DNA of 64,000 nucleotides from an uncultured Desulfobacteraceae bacterium (GTDB lineage Bacteria > Desulfobacterota > Desulfobacteria > Desulfobacterales > JALSRD01). The stretch lies in contig CAYZCL010000073.1 in NCBI GenBank assembly GCA_964476595.1, positions 14,980 to 78,979 of the forward strand, given 5' to 3'. Below, piece by piece: positions 36,773 to 46,394 of this stretch. Position 1 is the stretch's first letter, and each line of letters opens with the position of its first letter. The translations under genes were made by a program, and so were the position numbers. The notes beneath the pieces are model-generated. The model had not been told where the DNA came from. It ran no database searches and worked only from the letters and a program-made list of their open reading frames with translations.

Positions 36773-37008
36773 GCCTCGCGGGTCGCATGCGCCGCCGGGG
36801 CGGACGGCCAGGGCCCGTGCCCCGTGAGGCCGGGCGGGAACCCGCGGGCCGCCGGCCCTGAAAAGCGGGCAACGCGCCCGTTCCCCAACTGCGCACCGCC
36901 GGTGCCCGCCCGCCCCTCCACCCCCCGTGCAGGCAACCCGCGAAAGGCCGCGACATTCATCACGCCGCCCGTTGTTTGCGATTGCCCCGCCAGCCAGCGG
37001 CTGTGTGG

Positions 37009-37036
37009 TTGATTTAAGCCGTCGAAGGGGTATAAT
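37009..37036 (+). promoter_or_regulatory. Predicted sigma-70 promoter upstream of sbcD
   Basis: TTGATT (37009-14), a 16-nt spacer, then a perfect TATAAT (37031-36). It lies about 100 nt upstream of ATG 37142. Confidence 0.5.
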
Positions 37037-37141
37037 GATCCCAAACCGCGAAGCCGCCGCGGAGGGATCGCCCGCAAACCGATGCGGGAGGCCGCTTCGC
37101 CGTGCGGGGCACGGTTATTGAATAATTTAAGGACGTCTCCC

Positions 37142-38371
37142 ATGAAAATCGTGCACACGGCGGACTGGCACCTGGGGCGCTCGCTGTACGGGCGGCGGCG
37201 CTACGAGGAGTTTGCCGCTTTTCTGGAATGGCTGGCGGAATGCCTGGCCCAGCAGCGGGCGGACGTGCTGCTGGTGACCGGCGACGTGTTCGACAGCAGT
37301 ACGCCCAGCCACCGCGCCCAGGCGCTGTACTACCGTTTTCTCTTCAGGGTTCGGGAGACGGGCTGCCGCCACGTGGTCGTCACGGGCGGCAACCACGACT
37401 CACCCTCTTTTCTCGACGCTCCACGCGAGCTGCTGCGCCACATGAACGTCCACGTGGTAGGCGCCGCCGCCGGCGACCCGCGCGACGAGGTGCTGGTGCT
37501 CGCCGACGGCAGCGGGGCGGCGGCGCTCATCGTTTGCGCGGTGCCCTATCTCAGGGACCGCGACGTGCGCACGGTGGCCCCCGGCGAGAGCCCCGATGAC
37601 AAGCAGCGCAAGCTGGTCGAGGGCATCGCGCGTCACTATGCGGCCGTCTGCCGGGAGGCGCGTCAGCGGCGCGACGCCCTGGAGCGGCCCGTACCCATCG
37701 TGGCCACCGGGCACCTGTTTGCCGCCGGCGGCCGCACCGTGGAGGGCGACGGCGTACGGGAGCTCTACGTGGGGTCGCTGGCGCGGGTGGGCGCGGACGC
37801 GTTCCCCGCCTGCATCGACTACCTGGCGCTGGGACACCTGCACGTGCCCCAGACGGTGGCGGGACGTTCGGACATACGCTACAGCGGCTCCCCGCTGCCC
37901 ATCGGGTTCGGCGAGGCCGGGCAGGAAAAGTCCGTGCTGCTGGTGGACTTCGACGGCCTGCGGCCTGCGGTCACCCCCGTCGCCGTGCCGTGTTTCCAGG
38001 AGCTGGTGCGCCTGCAGGGCGGGTTGCGGGACATCCTGGCGCGCATCGCGGCACTCAAAAGCGCCCGGAGCCGGGCCTGGCTGGAGATCCTCTGCGACGA
38101 CGGCGCCGCCGCCGGCGAACTGGCCGCGCGGCTGCAGGCTGCCGTGTCCGACAGCTGCCTGGAGATCCTGCGCATCCGCAACCCCGGGGCCGTCGAGGGC
38201 GCCCTGGCACGGCAGGCCGACGGGGAGACCTTGGAGCGCCTGGACGTGCACGAGGTCTTCCGACGCTGCCTGGACGCCTTCGAGGTGCCGGCCGAGCGCC
38301 GGCCGGAGCTGCTGGACACCTACGGCCGGACGCTCACCGCGCTTTACGAAGAAGATCCCCGGGCGGAGTAG
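37142..38371 (+). CDS. sbcD: Exonuclease SbcCD nuclease subunit SbcD (Mre11-like)
   Basis: Track ORF trimmed to MKIVHTADWHLG. Calcineurin-like phosphoesterase motifs (GDVFD, GNHD). Confidence 0.9.
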   Translation: MKIVHTADWHLGRSLYGRRRYEEFAAFLEWLAECLAQQRADVLLVTGDVFDSSTPSHRAQALYYRFLFRVRETGCRHVVVTGGNHDSPSFLDAPRELLRHMNVHVVGAAAGDPRDEVLVLADGSGAAALIVCAVPYLRDRDVRTVAPGESPDDKQRKLVEGIARHYAAVCREARQRRDALERPVPIVATGHLFAAGGRTVEGDGVRELYVGSLARVGADAFPACIDYLALGHLHVPQTVAGRSDIRYSGSPLPIGFGEAGQEKSVLLVDFDGLRPAVTPVAVPCFQELVRLQGGLRDILARIAALKSARSRAWLEILCDDGAAAGELAARLQAAVSDSCLEILRIRNPGAVEGALARQADGETLERLDVHEVFRRCLDAFEVPAERRPELLDTYGRTLTALYEEDPRAE

Positions 38372-38380
38372 GGCGCCGGC

Positions 38381-41300
38381 ATGCGCATCCTCGAGATCCG
38401 TTTCCGGAACCTGAACTCGCTGGCCGGCGAGTGGCACATCGACCTCACCCACCCGGCCTACAGCGCCGACGGCATCTTCGCCATCACCGGGCCCACCGGG
38501 GCCGGCAAGACCACCATCCTGGACGCGCTCTGTCTGGCCCTGTACGGCGCCACGCCGCGTCTGGGCCGGGTGACCAGGAGCGGCAACGAGATCATGTCGC
38601 GCCACACCGGCGGGTGCTTTGCCGAGGTGGTCTTCGAGACGCCGGCCGGGCGCTTTCGCTGCCACTGGAGCCAGCACCGCGCCCACCGGAAACCCGCGGG
38701 CGAGCTGCAGGCGCCGCGCCACGAAGTGTCCGATGCCGATTCGGGAGAGTTGCTGCAGTCCCGCCTGCGCGACACCGCCGCCTGCATCGAGGAAACCACC
38801 GGCATGGACTTCGAGCGCTTTACGCGGTCCATGCTGCTGGCCCAGGGGGGATTCGCCGCCTTCCTGCAGGCGCCGCCCGACGCCCGCGCCCCCATCCTGG
38901 AGCAGATCACGGGCACCGGCATCTACAGCCGCATTTCCATGAAGGTACACCAGCTGCGCGCCGGGGAACGGCAGCAGCTGGAGCGCTTGACCGCCGAACT
39001 CGAGGGACTGTCGCTGCTGTCCGGGGAAGAAAGAGCGCGGCTGACACAGGCGCTGGAAGCCAGCGAAGGGGAAGAGGCCGATCTGGCACAGCGGGTGGCG
39101 GCGCTGAAAGAGGACCTCGCCTGGCGCGAGGCGCTGCAGCGGCTGGAAGAGGAACATGGGGCGCTGGAGGCGCGGCTGCAAGATCTGGCGCGGCGCAAGG
39201 AGGCCTTCGCGCCCCGGCGCCTGCGCCTGGAGCGCGACCGCAAGGCCCGCGAGCTGGAGGCCGACGCCGCCCGCGTGGCCACCCTGGCGGCCGCGCAGGA
39301 AAAGGACGCGGCCGCCCTGACCGCCGCCCGGGAAGAGCTGCCGGAACTCGAAGGCGCCCTTGCGCGCAAGGCCGAAAGAGAAAAAAACGCCGCCCGGGAG
39401 GTGGCGGAGAAGCGACAGCGGCGCCGGACCCGGTCCGCCGTGATCCGCGAGGTGCGCGAAATGGACGTGCACATCGAAAACCGGCGCTCGCGCCTGGCCG
39501 CCCTGGAAGGCGCCGTCGCGGAGGCCGAAGAGCAGTGCCGGAGCCACCGTGAGGCCGTCGAGCGGCTGACGGCCGGGATAGCCGAGCAGCGGGCGGCCAT
39601 CGCCCGGATCGATGCCTACCTGGCACGCTTTTCCGCCGACGCCGGCCTGGTGGAGAACATGGCCGCCATCGGCCGCCTGTTCGAGAGCCTCGACGTGCAG
39701 AACGCGCTGCTCTCCGAAAATCAAAGGGCCCTGGCCCAGGCGGCCGCCGGACGGGAAGCCGCGGTGCGCGAGGAAGCCGGGAAGGCGGCCGCGTTGCGCC
39801 GCATCGAAAAGCGCCGGCAGCGGGAGCGCGATGCCTTCGAGCGGGCCGGGGCGGCCCTCTCCCGGCTGCTCGAAGGCCGCCGGCTGTCCGACTGGCACCG
39901 GCGGTCGGCCGATATCAAGGAGCGCATCGTCCTTCTGGAGCGGCTGGCCGAGGTGCTCGCCCACCGGGAGCAGATCCGCCGGGAAACGGACGAGGCCACG
40001 GACCGGATCGCCGCGTTGGAAAAGGAAAGCGCAGAGCTGGCCGAGGCTGTCGCGGCCGCCCGGCGCCTGGAGGCGCTCCTGCAAGAGGAGGTGCGGCACC
40101 TGGAAACCGAGGTGTCCCTGCGCGTGCGCATCCACGACCTGACCCGGGAGAGGCGCATGCTCGAGGACGGCAGGCCCTGCCCGCTGTGCGGTGCGACGGA
40201 GCATCCCTATGCCGCCGGAAACGTTCCCGAACTGGACGAAAGCCGTGCGGCGCTGGAGGGCGCCCGCCGAAAACTGGCCCAGGCCGCGGCCGAGGTCGGC
40301 GAACTGCGGGTGCGGCAGGCCGGCGTCTCCCGGGATCTCCGGCAGGCCCGCGAGCGGCTGGACATGCTGGGCCGGGAACTGGCGGCCGACGGGAAGCGCT
40401 GCCGGGAGCTGTGCTCCGAAATCGCGCTGGACGAGGCGGCGACCGGCGGTACCCGGGAGGTCGAGGCGCAGCTCTCGCGCCTGCGCCGGGAGATGGCGGC
40501 GGTTTCCGACACCATCGACCGGATCGAGACCGCCACGGCGGAAAAGGAACGTCGGCGCACGGCCCTGGAGACCGGCGAACGGGTGCTGGCCGATGCGGAA
40601 AAGGCGCGCCAGGCGGCCCGTCACCGGCTGGACACCGCCCGGCGGGAACACCAGCGGCTCGAGCAGGAATGTAAAACGGCCCGGCAGCGGCTCGACGACC
40701 TGCTCCGGGAGGCACGCCGCACCCTGGAAAGCTACGGCGTGGACGAGGTCCTGCCGGAACGCCTGGACGAACTCCTGGCGTCGCTCACCGAACGGCGCGA
40801 CAAATGGCGGCGGCGCCTCGCCCGGCGGCAGGAGAGTGAAAAGATCCTGGCGGGACTGGAAAAGGACCTGGAAAAACAGCGCGCCCTGCTGGACGGCCGG
40901 GAAGAGGCGCTGCGCAGCCGGCGCCGCGAGTACGAGACGCTCTCCCGGGATCTGGCGGAGCGGGTCGCAAAACGACGGGCAACCTATGGCCGCCGCGACC
41001 CCGACCGGGAGGAGCGCCAGCTGGCCGACGAGGAGCAGGCGGCCGTCGAGGCCCTGGAAGCGGTGCGGCAGGAGATCGCCGCCCTGGCGCAGCAGGCCGG
41101 ACGCGTGAAGGAGCACATCCGCCTGCTGACCGTCGCCACCCGCGAGCGGGCCTCCGAACTGGCGGCCGCCCGCAGCCGCCTGTCGCAGGGCCTGCGGCGC
41201 AGGGGCTTTGCGGACGAGCAGGATTTCCGCTCGGCCCGCCTCGCCGAGGAGGAACGCGAGGCGCTCAACCGCGAGGCCCGGGAGCTGGAGCAGGAGGAAA

Positions 41301-42058
41301 CCCGGCTGCGGACCCGGCTGGCGGACAGGAAGGCCGCCCTGGACGCCATGCGCGGGGAGAGGACCACCCGCGAGCCGGCGGAGGAACTGGCCCGCAAGCT
41401 GTCCGCCGCGGCGGACGCGCACGCCGAAGCCCAGCGGCACATCGGCGCCCTCCGCGAACAGCTGGAGCGCGACCGCCGGCAGCGACGCCGGCGCCGGACG
41501 TACCTCGCGCAGATCGAAAAACAGCAGAGGGAGTGTGCCCGCTGGGACGCCCTGCACGACCTCATCGGTTCGGCCGACGGCAAGAAGTACCGCAATTTCG
41601 CCCAGGGACTGACCTTCGAGATCATGATCGCCCACGCCAACCGCCGGCTGACGGGTATGACGGACCGCTACCTGCTGGTGCGCGACCGGCGGCAGCCCCT
41701 GGCACTCAACGTCATCGACAGCTACCAGGCCGGCGAGATCCGCTCCACCCGGAACCTCTCGGGCGGCGAGAGTTTCCTGGTCAGCCTGGCGTTGGCGCTG
41801 GGGCTCTCCCGCATGGCCAGCCGCAACGTGCGCGTGGATTCGCTTTTCCTGGACGAGGGCTTCGGGACCCTGGACGACGAAGCGCTGGAAACGGCCCTGG
41901 AGACCCTGTCCGGCCTGCAGCAGCAGGGCAAGCTGATCGGCGTGATTTCCCATGTGCCGGCGCTCCGGGAGCGCATCGCCACGCAAATCCGGGTGATCCG
42001 CGGACCCGGCGGCTGCAGCCGTATCGAGGGGCCCGGCTGCTGTCGGGCGGACGGGTAG
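38381..42058 (+). CDS. sbcC: Exonuclease SbcCD ATPase subunit SbcC (Rad50-like)
   Basis: 1225 aa. N-terminal Walker A GPTGAGKTT, a long coiled coil with zinc hook CPLCG, and C-terminal LSGGESFLVSLALAL / LFLDEGFGTLD. Confidence 0.9.
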   Translation: MRILEIRFRNLNSLAGEWHIDLTHPAYSADGIFAITGPTGAGKTTILDALCLALYGATPRLGRVTRSGNEIMSRHTGGCFAEVVFETPAGRFRCHWSQHRAHRKPAGELQAPRHEVSDADSGELLQSRLRDTAACIEETTGMDFERFTRSMLLAQGGFAAFLQAPPDARAPILEQITGTGIYSRISMKVHQLRAGERQQLERLTAELEGLSLLSGEERARLTQALEASEGEEADLAQRVAALKEDLAWREALQRLEEEHGALEARLQDLARRKEAFAPRRLRLERDRKARELEADAARVATLAAAQEKDAAALTAAREELPELEGALARKAEREKNAAREVAEKRQRRRTRSAVIREVREMDVHIENRRSRLAALEGAVAEAEEQCRSHREAVERLTAGIAEQRAAIARIDAYLARFSADAGLVENMAAIGRLFESLDVQNALLSENQRALAQAAAGREAAVREEAGKAAALRRIEKRRQRERDAFERAGAALSRLLEGRRLSDWHRRSADIKERIVLLERLAEVLAHREQIRRETDEATDRIAALEKESAELAEAVAAARRLEALLQEEVRHLETEVSLRVRIHDLTRERRMLEDGRPCPLCGATEHPYAAGNVPELDESRAALEGARRKLAQAAAEVGELRVRQAGVSRDLRQARERLDMLGRELAADGKRCRELCSEIALDEAATGGTREVEAQLSRLRREMAAVSDTIDRIETATAEKERRRTALETGERVLADAEKARQAARHRLDTARREHQRLEQECKTARQRLDDLLREARRTLESYGVDEVLPERLDELLASLTERRDKWRRRLARRQESEKILAGLEKDLEKQRALLDGREEALRSRRREYETLSRDLAERVAKRRATYGRRDPDREERQLADEEQAAVEALEAVRQEIAALAQQAGRVKEHIRLLTVATRERASELAAARSRLSQGLRRRGFADEQDFRSARLAEEEREALNREARELEQEETRLRTRLADRKAALDAMRGERTTREPAEELARKLSAAADAHAEAQRHIGALREQLERDRRQRRRRRTYLAQIEKQQRECARWDALHDLIGSADGKKYRNFAQGLTFEIMIAHANRRLTGMTDRYLLVRDRRQPLALNVIDSYQAGEIRSTRNLSGGESFLVSLALALGLSRMASRNVRVDSLFLDEGFGTLDDEALETALETLSGLQQQGKLIGVISHVPALRERIATQIRVIRGPGGCSRIEGPGCCRADG

Positions 42059-42274
42059 AGTTCTCCGAAGCCCATTATTTTACTTGCATTTTGCGCTTGT
42101 TTTGCCGAATTAGGGACTAGGTGTGGGAGCGGCGTTTTTTCGGGTTCTCGAACCGCTTTCCGCATCCGGGTATCCGTGGAAAAGCCGGGAATGGGGGCAG
42201 ATCACTTTTTCCGGGTGTTGTGAATGCAATGCATGGTCGCCGGGTGTAAGCGCATGGCCTACAAGGAGACGAAC

Positions 42275-42526
42275 ATGAAGAAGATCATCATCGGCAGCCT
42301 GCTGGGCGCCGGCGCCGGGTTCGGCATTAGCAGGCTGTTCGCCTGCGTGGGCGGCGGCTGAGCGCTGTTCATGAACCCGTTCATCGCGCTGATCCTGGGC
42401 GGCGTGATGGGCGGTGTGCTGGCCTCCGGTGGAGAGCCGCAGAAGAATACCTCCGGAAGGGATGCTTACGGGGTAAAGGATGAAACGTTGAGCCAGAACA
42501 ATCCGGGGACAGAGAGAGGCGATTGA
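42275..42526 (+). CDS. Candidate small two-TM membrane selenoprotein (83 aa if UGA 42359-61 is read as Sec); otherwise two separate mini-ORFs of 28 and 51 aa
   Basis: SD AAGGAG sits 6 nt before ATG 42275. The first part, MKKIIIGSLLGAGAGFGISRLFACVGGG, runs to the TGA. Reading through in frame gives ALFMNPFIALILGGVMGGVLASGGEPQK.... The second ATG (42371) is in the same frame and has no SD. A hairpin lies at 42362-42389, directly after the UGA. Confidence 0.4.
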
Positions 42527-44658
42527 TGATACCGACAATGACGAAACCTTTCAGGTTCAGTTTTTTTTTCTGGATGATCATGTCACTGACAGGTGCCGTT
42601 CTGCCCGGTTCCCTGCATGCAGGTGCAGTGCTGCGTTCCGATCTGTCATGGATACGAAGCTGGGGATACCAGTTGCAAGGCGCCGATGTGCGACAGCTTG
42701 CCGAAAGCCCTTATGACCTGCTGGTAATTGATTACTCCAGGGATGGAACCGATGCCGGCGCCTATACTCCGGCAGAGATACGCCGTATTCAACACACCGG
42801 AAAGCTTGTCTTGGCCTACATGTCCATCGGCGAAGCCGAGAGCTATCGATTTTACTGGAAAAATTCGTGGGAAACGGCGCCTCCTCGCTTCCTTGGTCCC
42901 GAAAACCCTGAATGGGAAGGGAATTTCAAGGTTCGCTACTGGCGCAAGACTTGGTGGAAACAGGCCTTGCGGCCTTTCTTGGATCGAATTCTGGCGGCCG
43001 GTTTCGATGGTGTCTATCTGGACATTATCGATGCCTACGATTTCTGGGGCCACCACGGTTTGAAGGTCCGCCGCAGTGCCGATCGGATGGCCCGGCTGGT
43101 CGTTAAAATTGGTAAATACAGCCGTTCGCGTGCCGGCAGCCGATTCATCATTTGTCCCCAGAACGGTGTCGGTCTCATTGACGATGCTTCCAGGAAATGG
43201 CGCAGGCGGTACTTGGAATCCATCGATTGCATCGGAGTCGAAGATCTTTGGTTCAACACTTGGAGCCCGGAGGATCAGGTTTACCGCCTAAAAATGCTGA
43301 CCGCTTTCGACCAGGCCGGGAAGAAGATTTTCAACGTAGAGTACATTGCTCCCGGAAAGTACGACGAATATGACACTAAGGTGGAGACGCATCGACCGCT
43401 TGTGGTGCCATATGCCGCAGACCCGGATCGCGAATTGGACGAGTTGCTGATTCATGGGGAACGACCCTTTTTCACCGACAAAATGGATCTATGGCGGGGT
43501 GAAACGCTGCTGCGGGGAGCCGATGTGTACCAGCGCAGGGTGTACCCGGAGCTTGATGGCCCGGATTTTCTGGGAAGCGGCCCCGTGGGTCCACCCTATA
43601 GCCAGACCGATTTCGACCGCTTGGCGGGTATGGGCGCCAACTTGGTGGTGATTTCGCATCCCGGGCTTTACAGCGAAAACGCGGACTTCAGCCTGGACGT
43701 TGCGATTCAGGACAATCTCGACAGGCTCGTGGAAATGGCCGCCCGCGCCGATTTGTTCGTTGTGATCGCTCTGCGTACGGGACCGGGGCGCAGCGAATTC
43801 ACTTTCCTGCTGGAGGACCTTGGCAGGTGGTTCGATGAGCGTTACCTAAACGATTCGCTTTGGCAAAGCCGGGAGGCCCAGAATGCTTGGGTACGCATGT
43901 GGCGGCACGTGGCGCAACGTTACCGCAATAATCCCGTCGTGGTTGGATACGATCTGATGGTCGAGCCTAACGCCAACGAAGTGGGCAGCCATGCCATCAC
44001 GGATGCATTGGATATCTGGGAACCGGATGTCTTCTACCGGCAATACCGAGGATCCCTCTATGATTGGGCTCCCCTCTACAGGCGTATCACAACCGCGATT
44101 CGGGAAGTCGACCCCCGCACTCCCATCCTGATCGGCGCCATGGGATACAGCGCCGTCGACTGGATGCCCTATCTAGAGGTCACCGATGATTCCCGAACGG
44201 TGTACACTGTCCACCAATACGCACCCGAGACATACACCCATCAGGGGAAAAGGCGCAAACGAAAATACCCCGGTCGTTTTGACACCGATGGAGATGGAAT
44301 CCGTGAACGGTTCAATCGGGCTTGGCTGGACAGCCTTTTGACAATGGTCGACGAATTCAGCCAACAGCATGGCGTACCCACGGCTATAACCGAATTCGGC
44401 GCCATGAGGTGGGAACCCGGTGCGGCTCGTTTCATCCACGACCAGATGGGCCTTTTCGAAAAACGCAACATGAATCATGCCATCTGGTTGTGGGAAACCT
44501 CCTGGCAGCCATACAATCGGCTGGAGGACGCCTTTAATTTTCGTCATGGGCCCAAGCGGGGCCGACATGCGGAGGGTGCCGGCGGTGAACTGCAGCGCGT
44601 AATCGGCAGCTACTGGCGCCGAAACTGGGTGCGTCCCTCGGGGGTAGACTTCAGATGA
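42526..44658 (+). CDS. Secreted two-domain glycoside hydrolase: GH114/TM1410-like (endo-alpha-1,4-polygalactosaminidase family) N-terminal domain plus a clan GH-A (GH5-like) C-terminal domain
   Basis: Signal peptide MTKPFRFSFFFWMIMSLTGAVLPGSLHA. GH114-like motifs: WGYQLQ...LLVIDYS...YMSIGEAESYRFYW...GFDGVYLDIIDAY. GH5-like motifs: GYDLMVEPN (acid/base Glu) and ITEFG (nucleophile Glu). The track start is TTG 42523. ATG 42526 overlaps the upstream stop (TGATG). Confidence 0.8.
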   Translation: MIPTMTKPFRFSFFFWMIMSLTGAVLPGSLHAGAVLRSDLSWIRSWGYQLQGADVRQLAESPYDLLVIDYSRDGTDAGAYTPAEIRRIQHTGKLVLAYMSIGEAESYRFYWKNSWETAPPRFLGPENPEWEGNFKVRYWRKTWWKQALRPFLDRILAAGFDGVYLDIIDAYDFWGHHGLKVRRSADRMARLVVKIGKYSRSRAGSRFIICPQNGVGLIDDASRKWRRRYLESIDCIGVEDLWFNTWSPEDQVYRLKMLTAFDQAGKKIFNVEYIAPGKYDEYDTKVETHRPLVVPYAADPDRELDELLIHGERPFFTDKMDLWRGETLLRGADVYQRRVYPELDGPDFLGSGPVGPPYSQTDFDRLAGMGANLVVISHPGLYSENADFSLDVAIQDNLDRLVEMAARADLFVVIALRTGPGRSEFTFLLEDLGRWFDERYLNDSLWQSREAQNAWVRMWRHVAQRYRNNPVVVGYDLMVEPNANEVGSHAITDALDIWEPDVFYRQYRGSLYDWAPLYRRITTAIREVDPRTPILIGAMGYSAVDWMPYLEVTDDSRTVYTVHQYAPETYTHQGKRRKRKYPGRFDTDGDGIRERFNRAWLDSLLTMVDEFSQQHGVPTAITEFGAMRWEPGAARFIHDQMGLFEKRNMNHAIWLWETSWQPYNRLEDAFNFRHGPKRGRHAEGAGGELQRVIGSYWRRNWVRPSGVDFR

Positions 44659-44795
44659 CCATCGCTTTTATCCTGGGCGGCACCTGCTTTGATGAATCCC
44701 TTGACAGGAAAAGCTGGGAGTTGTTTTAGTGAGTATATGCCCAAAAAAAGAATGTAAACGACGGGCCAATAAACGGCTGTTTAAGGAGGAGCAAG

Positions 44796-45050
44796 ATGCC
44801 CCTGTATGATTTCCAGTGCAGAGACTGCGGAAAGACCAGCGAGATCCTGATGACCGGCAGCGCCGATGCGCCTGTCTGCCGCCACTGCGGCAGCGGCAAC
44901 CTCGAAAAGCTGATGTCGGCCCCGTCGTCGCTTTCCGGAGAAGCCCGCCAAGGGCTGCCGGGACCCGGCGACACGGCCTGCTGCGGCAGCGCACCCGGTG
45001 CCGGGAACTGCGCTGGTCCGGGCAGCTGCTGCGGCCGCGGGCCGGCATGA
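44796..45050 (+). CDS. FmdB-family zinc-ribbon protein with a Cys/Gly-rich tail
   Basis: MPLYDFQCRDCGKTSEILM...APVCRHCGSGNLEKLMSAPS matches the CxxC-CxxC-SSSS family. SD AAGGAGGAG upstream. Confidence 0.8.
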   Translation: MPLYDFQCRDCGKTSEILMTGSADAPVCRHCGSGNLEKLMSAPSSLSGEARQGLPGPGDTACCGSAPGAGNCAGPGSCCGRGPA

Positions 45051-45066
45051 GACCGGCGGGGCGGCC

Positions 45067-46236
45067 TCAGCGTACTTCGTCGATGCGGCGGGCCAGGAAG
45101 GCGGCCGCCACGCGATTGCCTTCGGGGGTCAGATGCCCCTCGTTGGGGTAGTACAGGCGGACGTCCTTTTCATGGCTGTAGCGCTTGAGGTGTGCGGCCA
45201 GGTCGAGGACGGCAATACCGTGGCGCCGCGCGGTGTCGGCCAGGCGCCGGCGGAAAAAGTCCTGAAACTGGGACGAGTTGGATCCCGGACGCTCCACGAA
45301 CGATCGGCCGGCCAGCAGCACCAGCACGAGCCGAGCCTCGTTTCGGCGGCACAGGGCACGCGTCTGCTCCAGTAAGGCGTCGTAAAGGCGCAGTGCGCCG
45401 GCGAACCGCTTCGCAAAAACCGGGAACAGGTCCCGGCGCTCGGTTCCCAGGCCGAGGCTGCGCTGTACCAGCTGAAAAAGCTCGGTGTTCCCGATGCGCC
45501 GCAGCAAGGTGTTGCGCTGCGGCGGGAGCTCGCCCAGCACCACGCGGCGCAGGTCGACGGCGGCCTGCCCGGGTGGCTTGGTGACATGCGGCACGGGCAC
45601 GTTTTTAAGCACCAGCTTGCCCCCTGCCAGCTCGAAATAGGGCTTGGCGTGGTCGGCTTGCAGCGGGAAGGGCAGCTGGTTGTCGAAAAGGTCGTTACCC
45701 AGGTAGGTCACCAGCATCACCACGCGGGGGGTGAAATCGAACACTCGCCTGCGCAGCAGGATGTACTCCTGGTCGGTGCTGTATCCCGGCACGCCGAAGT
45801 TCAGGTACAGCCGGCCGGCGGGGGCGGATGCGTTCAGGCGGGCCACGAAGGTGTCGGCGTCGTTGGCACCCAGGCCGAAGGTGAAGCTGTCCCCCACCAC
45901 GGCGTAGCGCACCCGCCCGCCGCCGCGGGCGTCGAAATTCCCCCGGAAGCCATAGGCGTTGGTGCTGTAGCGCACGTCGAAGTCGTGATGGCGGTGGCCG
46001 CCCTGCCAGCGGGGCGCCAGCTTCCAGCCCAGGTGGCTATCGTAGATCACCAGCCCCGGATCCATGGTGTCACTTTGCTGGATGGATTTTTTCTGGTAAC
46101 GCAGGAAAAGCTCAGCCCCGGCCAGGGCCACCGCCAGGCTGCACAACACCACCACCCCGGCGTAGAGGATACGCCGGGGCGTTGAGATCGTCGTCGCGGT
46201 GGGCGCTTTTTCGGGCCGTGCAGGAGTCACGGGCAC
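45067..46236 (-). CDS. Membrane-anchored SGNH/GDSL hydrolase family protein
   Basis: N-terminal TM (ILYAGVVVLCSLAVALAG), block I VVGDSFTFG, and a C-terminal block with NEGHLTPEG. Confidence 0.7.
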   Translation of the reverse strand: MPVTPARPEKAPTATTISTPRRILYAGVVVLCSLAVALAGAELFLRYQKKSIQQSDTMDPGLVIYDSHLGWKLAPRWQGGHRHHDFDVRYSTNAYGFRGNFDARGGGRVRYAVVGDSFTFGLGANDADTFVARLNASAPAGRLYLNFGVPGYSTDQEYILLRRRVFDFTPRVVMLVTYLGNDLFDNQLPFPLQADHAKPYFELAGGKLVLKNVPVPHVTKPPGQAAVDLRRVVLGELPPQRNTLLRRIGNTELFQLVQRSLGLGTERRDLFPVFAKRFAGALRLYDALLEQTRALCRRNEARLVLVLLAGRSFVERPGSNSSQFQDFFRRRLADTARRHGIAVLDLAAHLKRYSHEKDVRLYYPNEGHLTPEGNRVAAAFLARRIDEVR

Positions 46237-46394
46237 ACCTTCGGCAGGAGTGGACAGGGTCGGTCCCTATCGGGGTCGGGCCTCGACTCCAGTTTATGCC
46301 AGAATCGCGACCCGGTTTCAAGCACCGATTCGGCCCACGCGGCGGGGATCAAAACCCTTGCCCGGGAACCGTCGTGATGATACAAAGCGGCATC

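Noticed and set aside
36233-37012. Several 60-165-aa plus- and minus-strand track ORFs in the aquaporin-sbcD gap (36233..36727+, 36369..36713+, 36436..36861+, 36660..36956-, 36769..37158-).
   Set aside because: They are Arg/Pro/Gly-rich, mutually overlapping, and lack SD sequences. The only ORFs here with SD, promoter and terminator signals are the two short minus-strand ones reported above.
37142-42058. sbcD/sbcC considered as part of a phage-defence or novel nuclease system.
   Set aside because: Both proteins have the canonical size, motifs (Mre11-type phosphoesterase, Rad50-type ATPase with CPLCG zinc hook) and tandem arrangement of housekeeping SbcCD. No accessory defence-type genes flank them.
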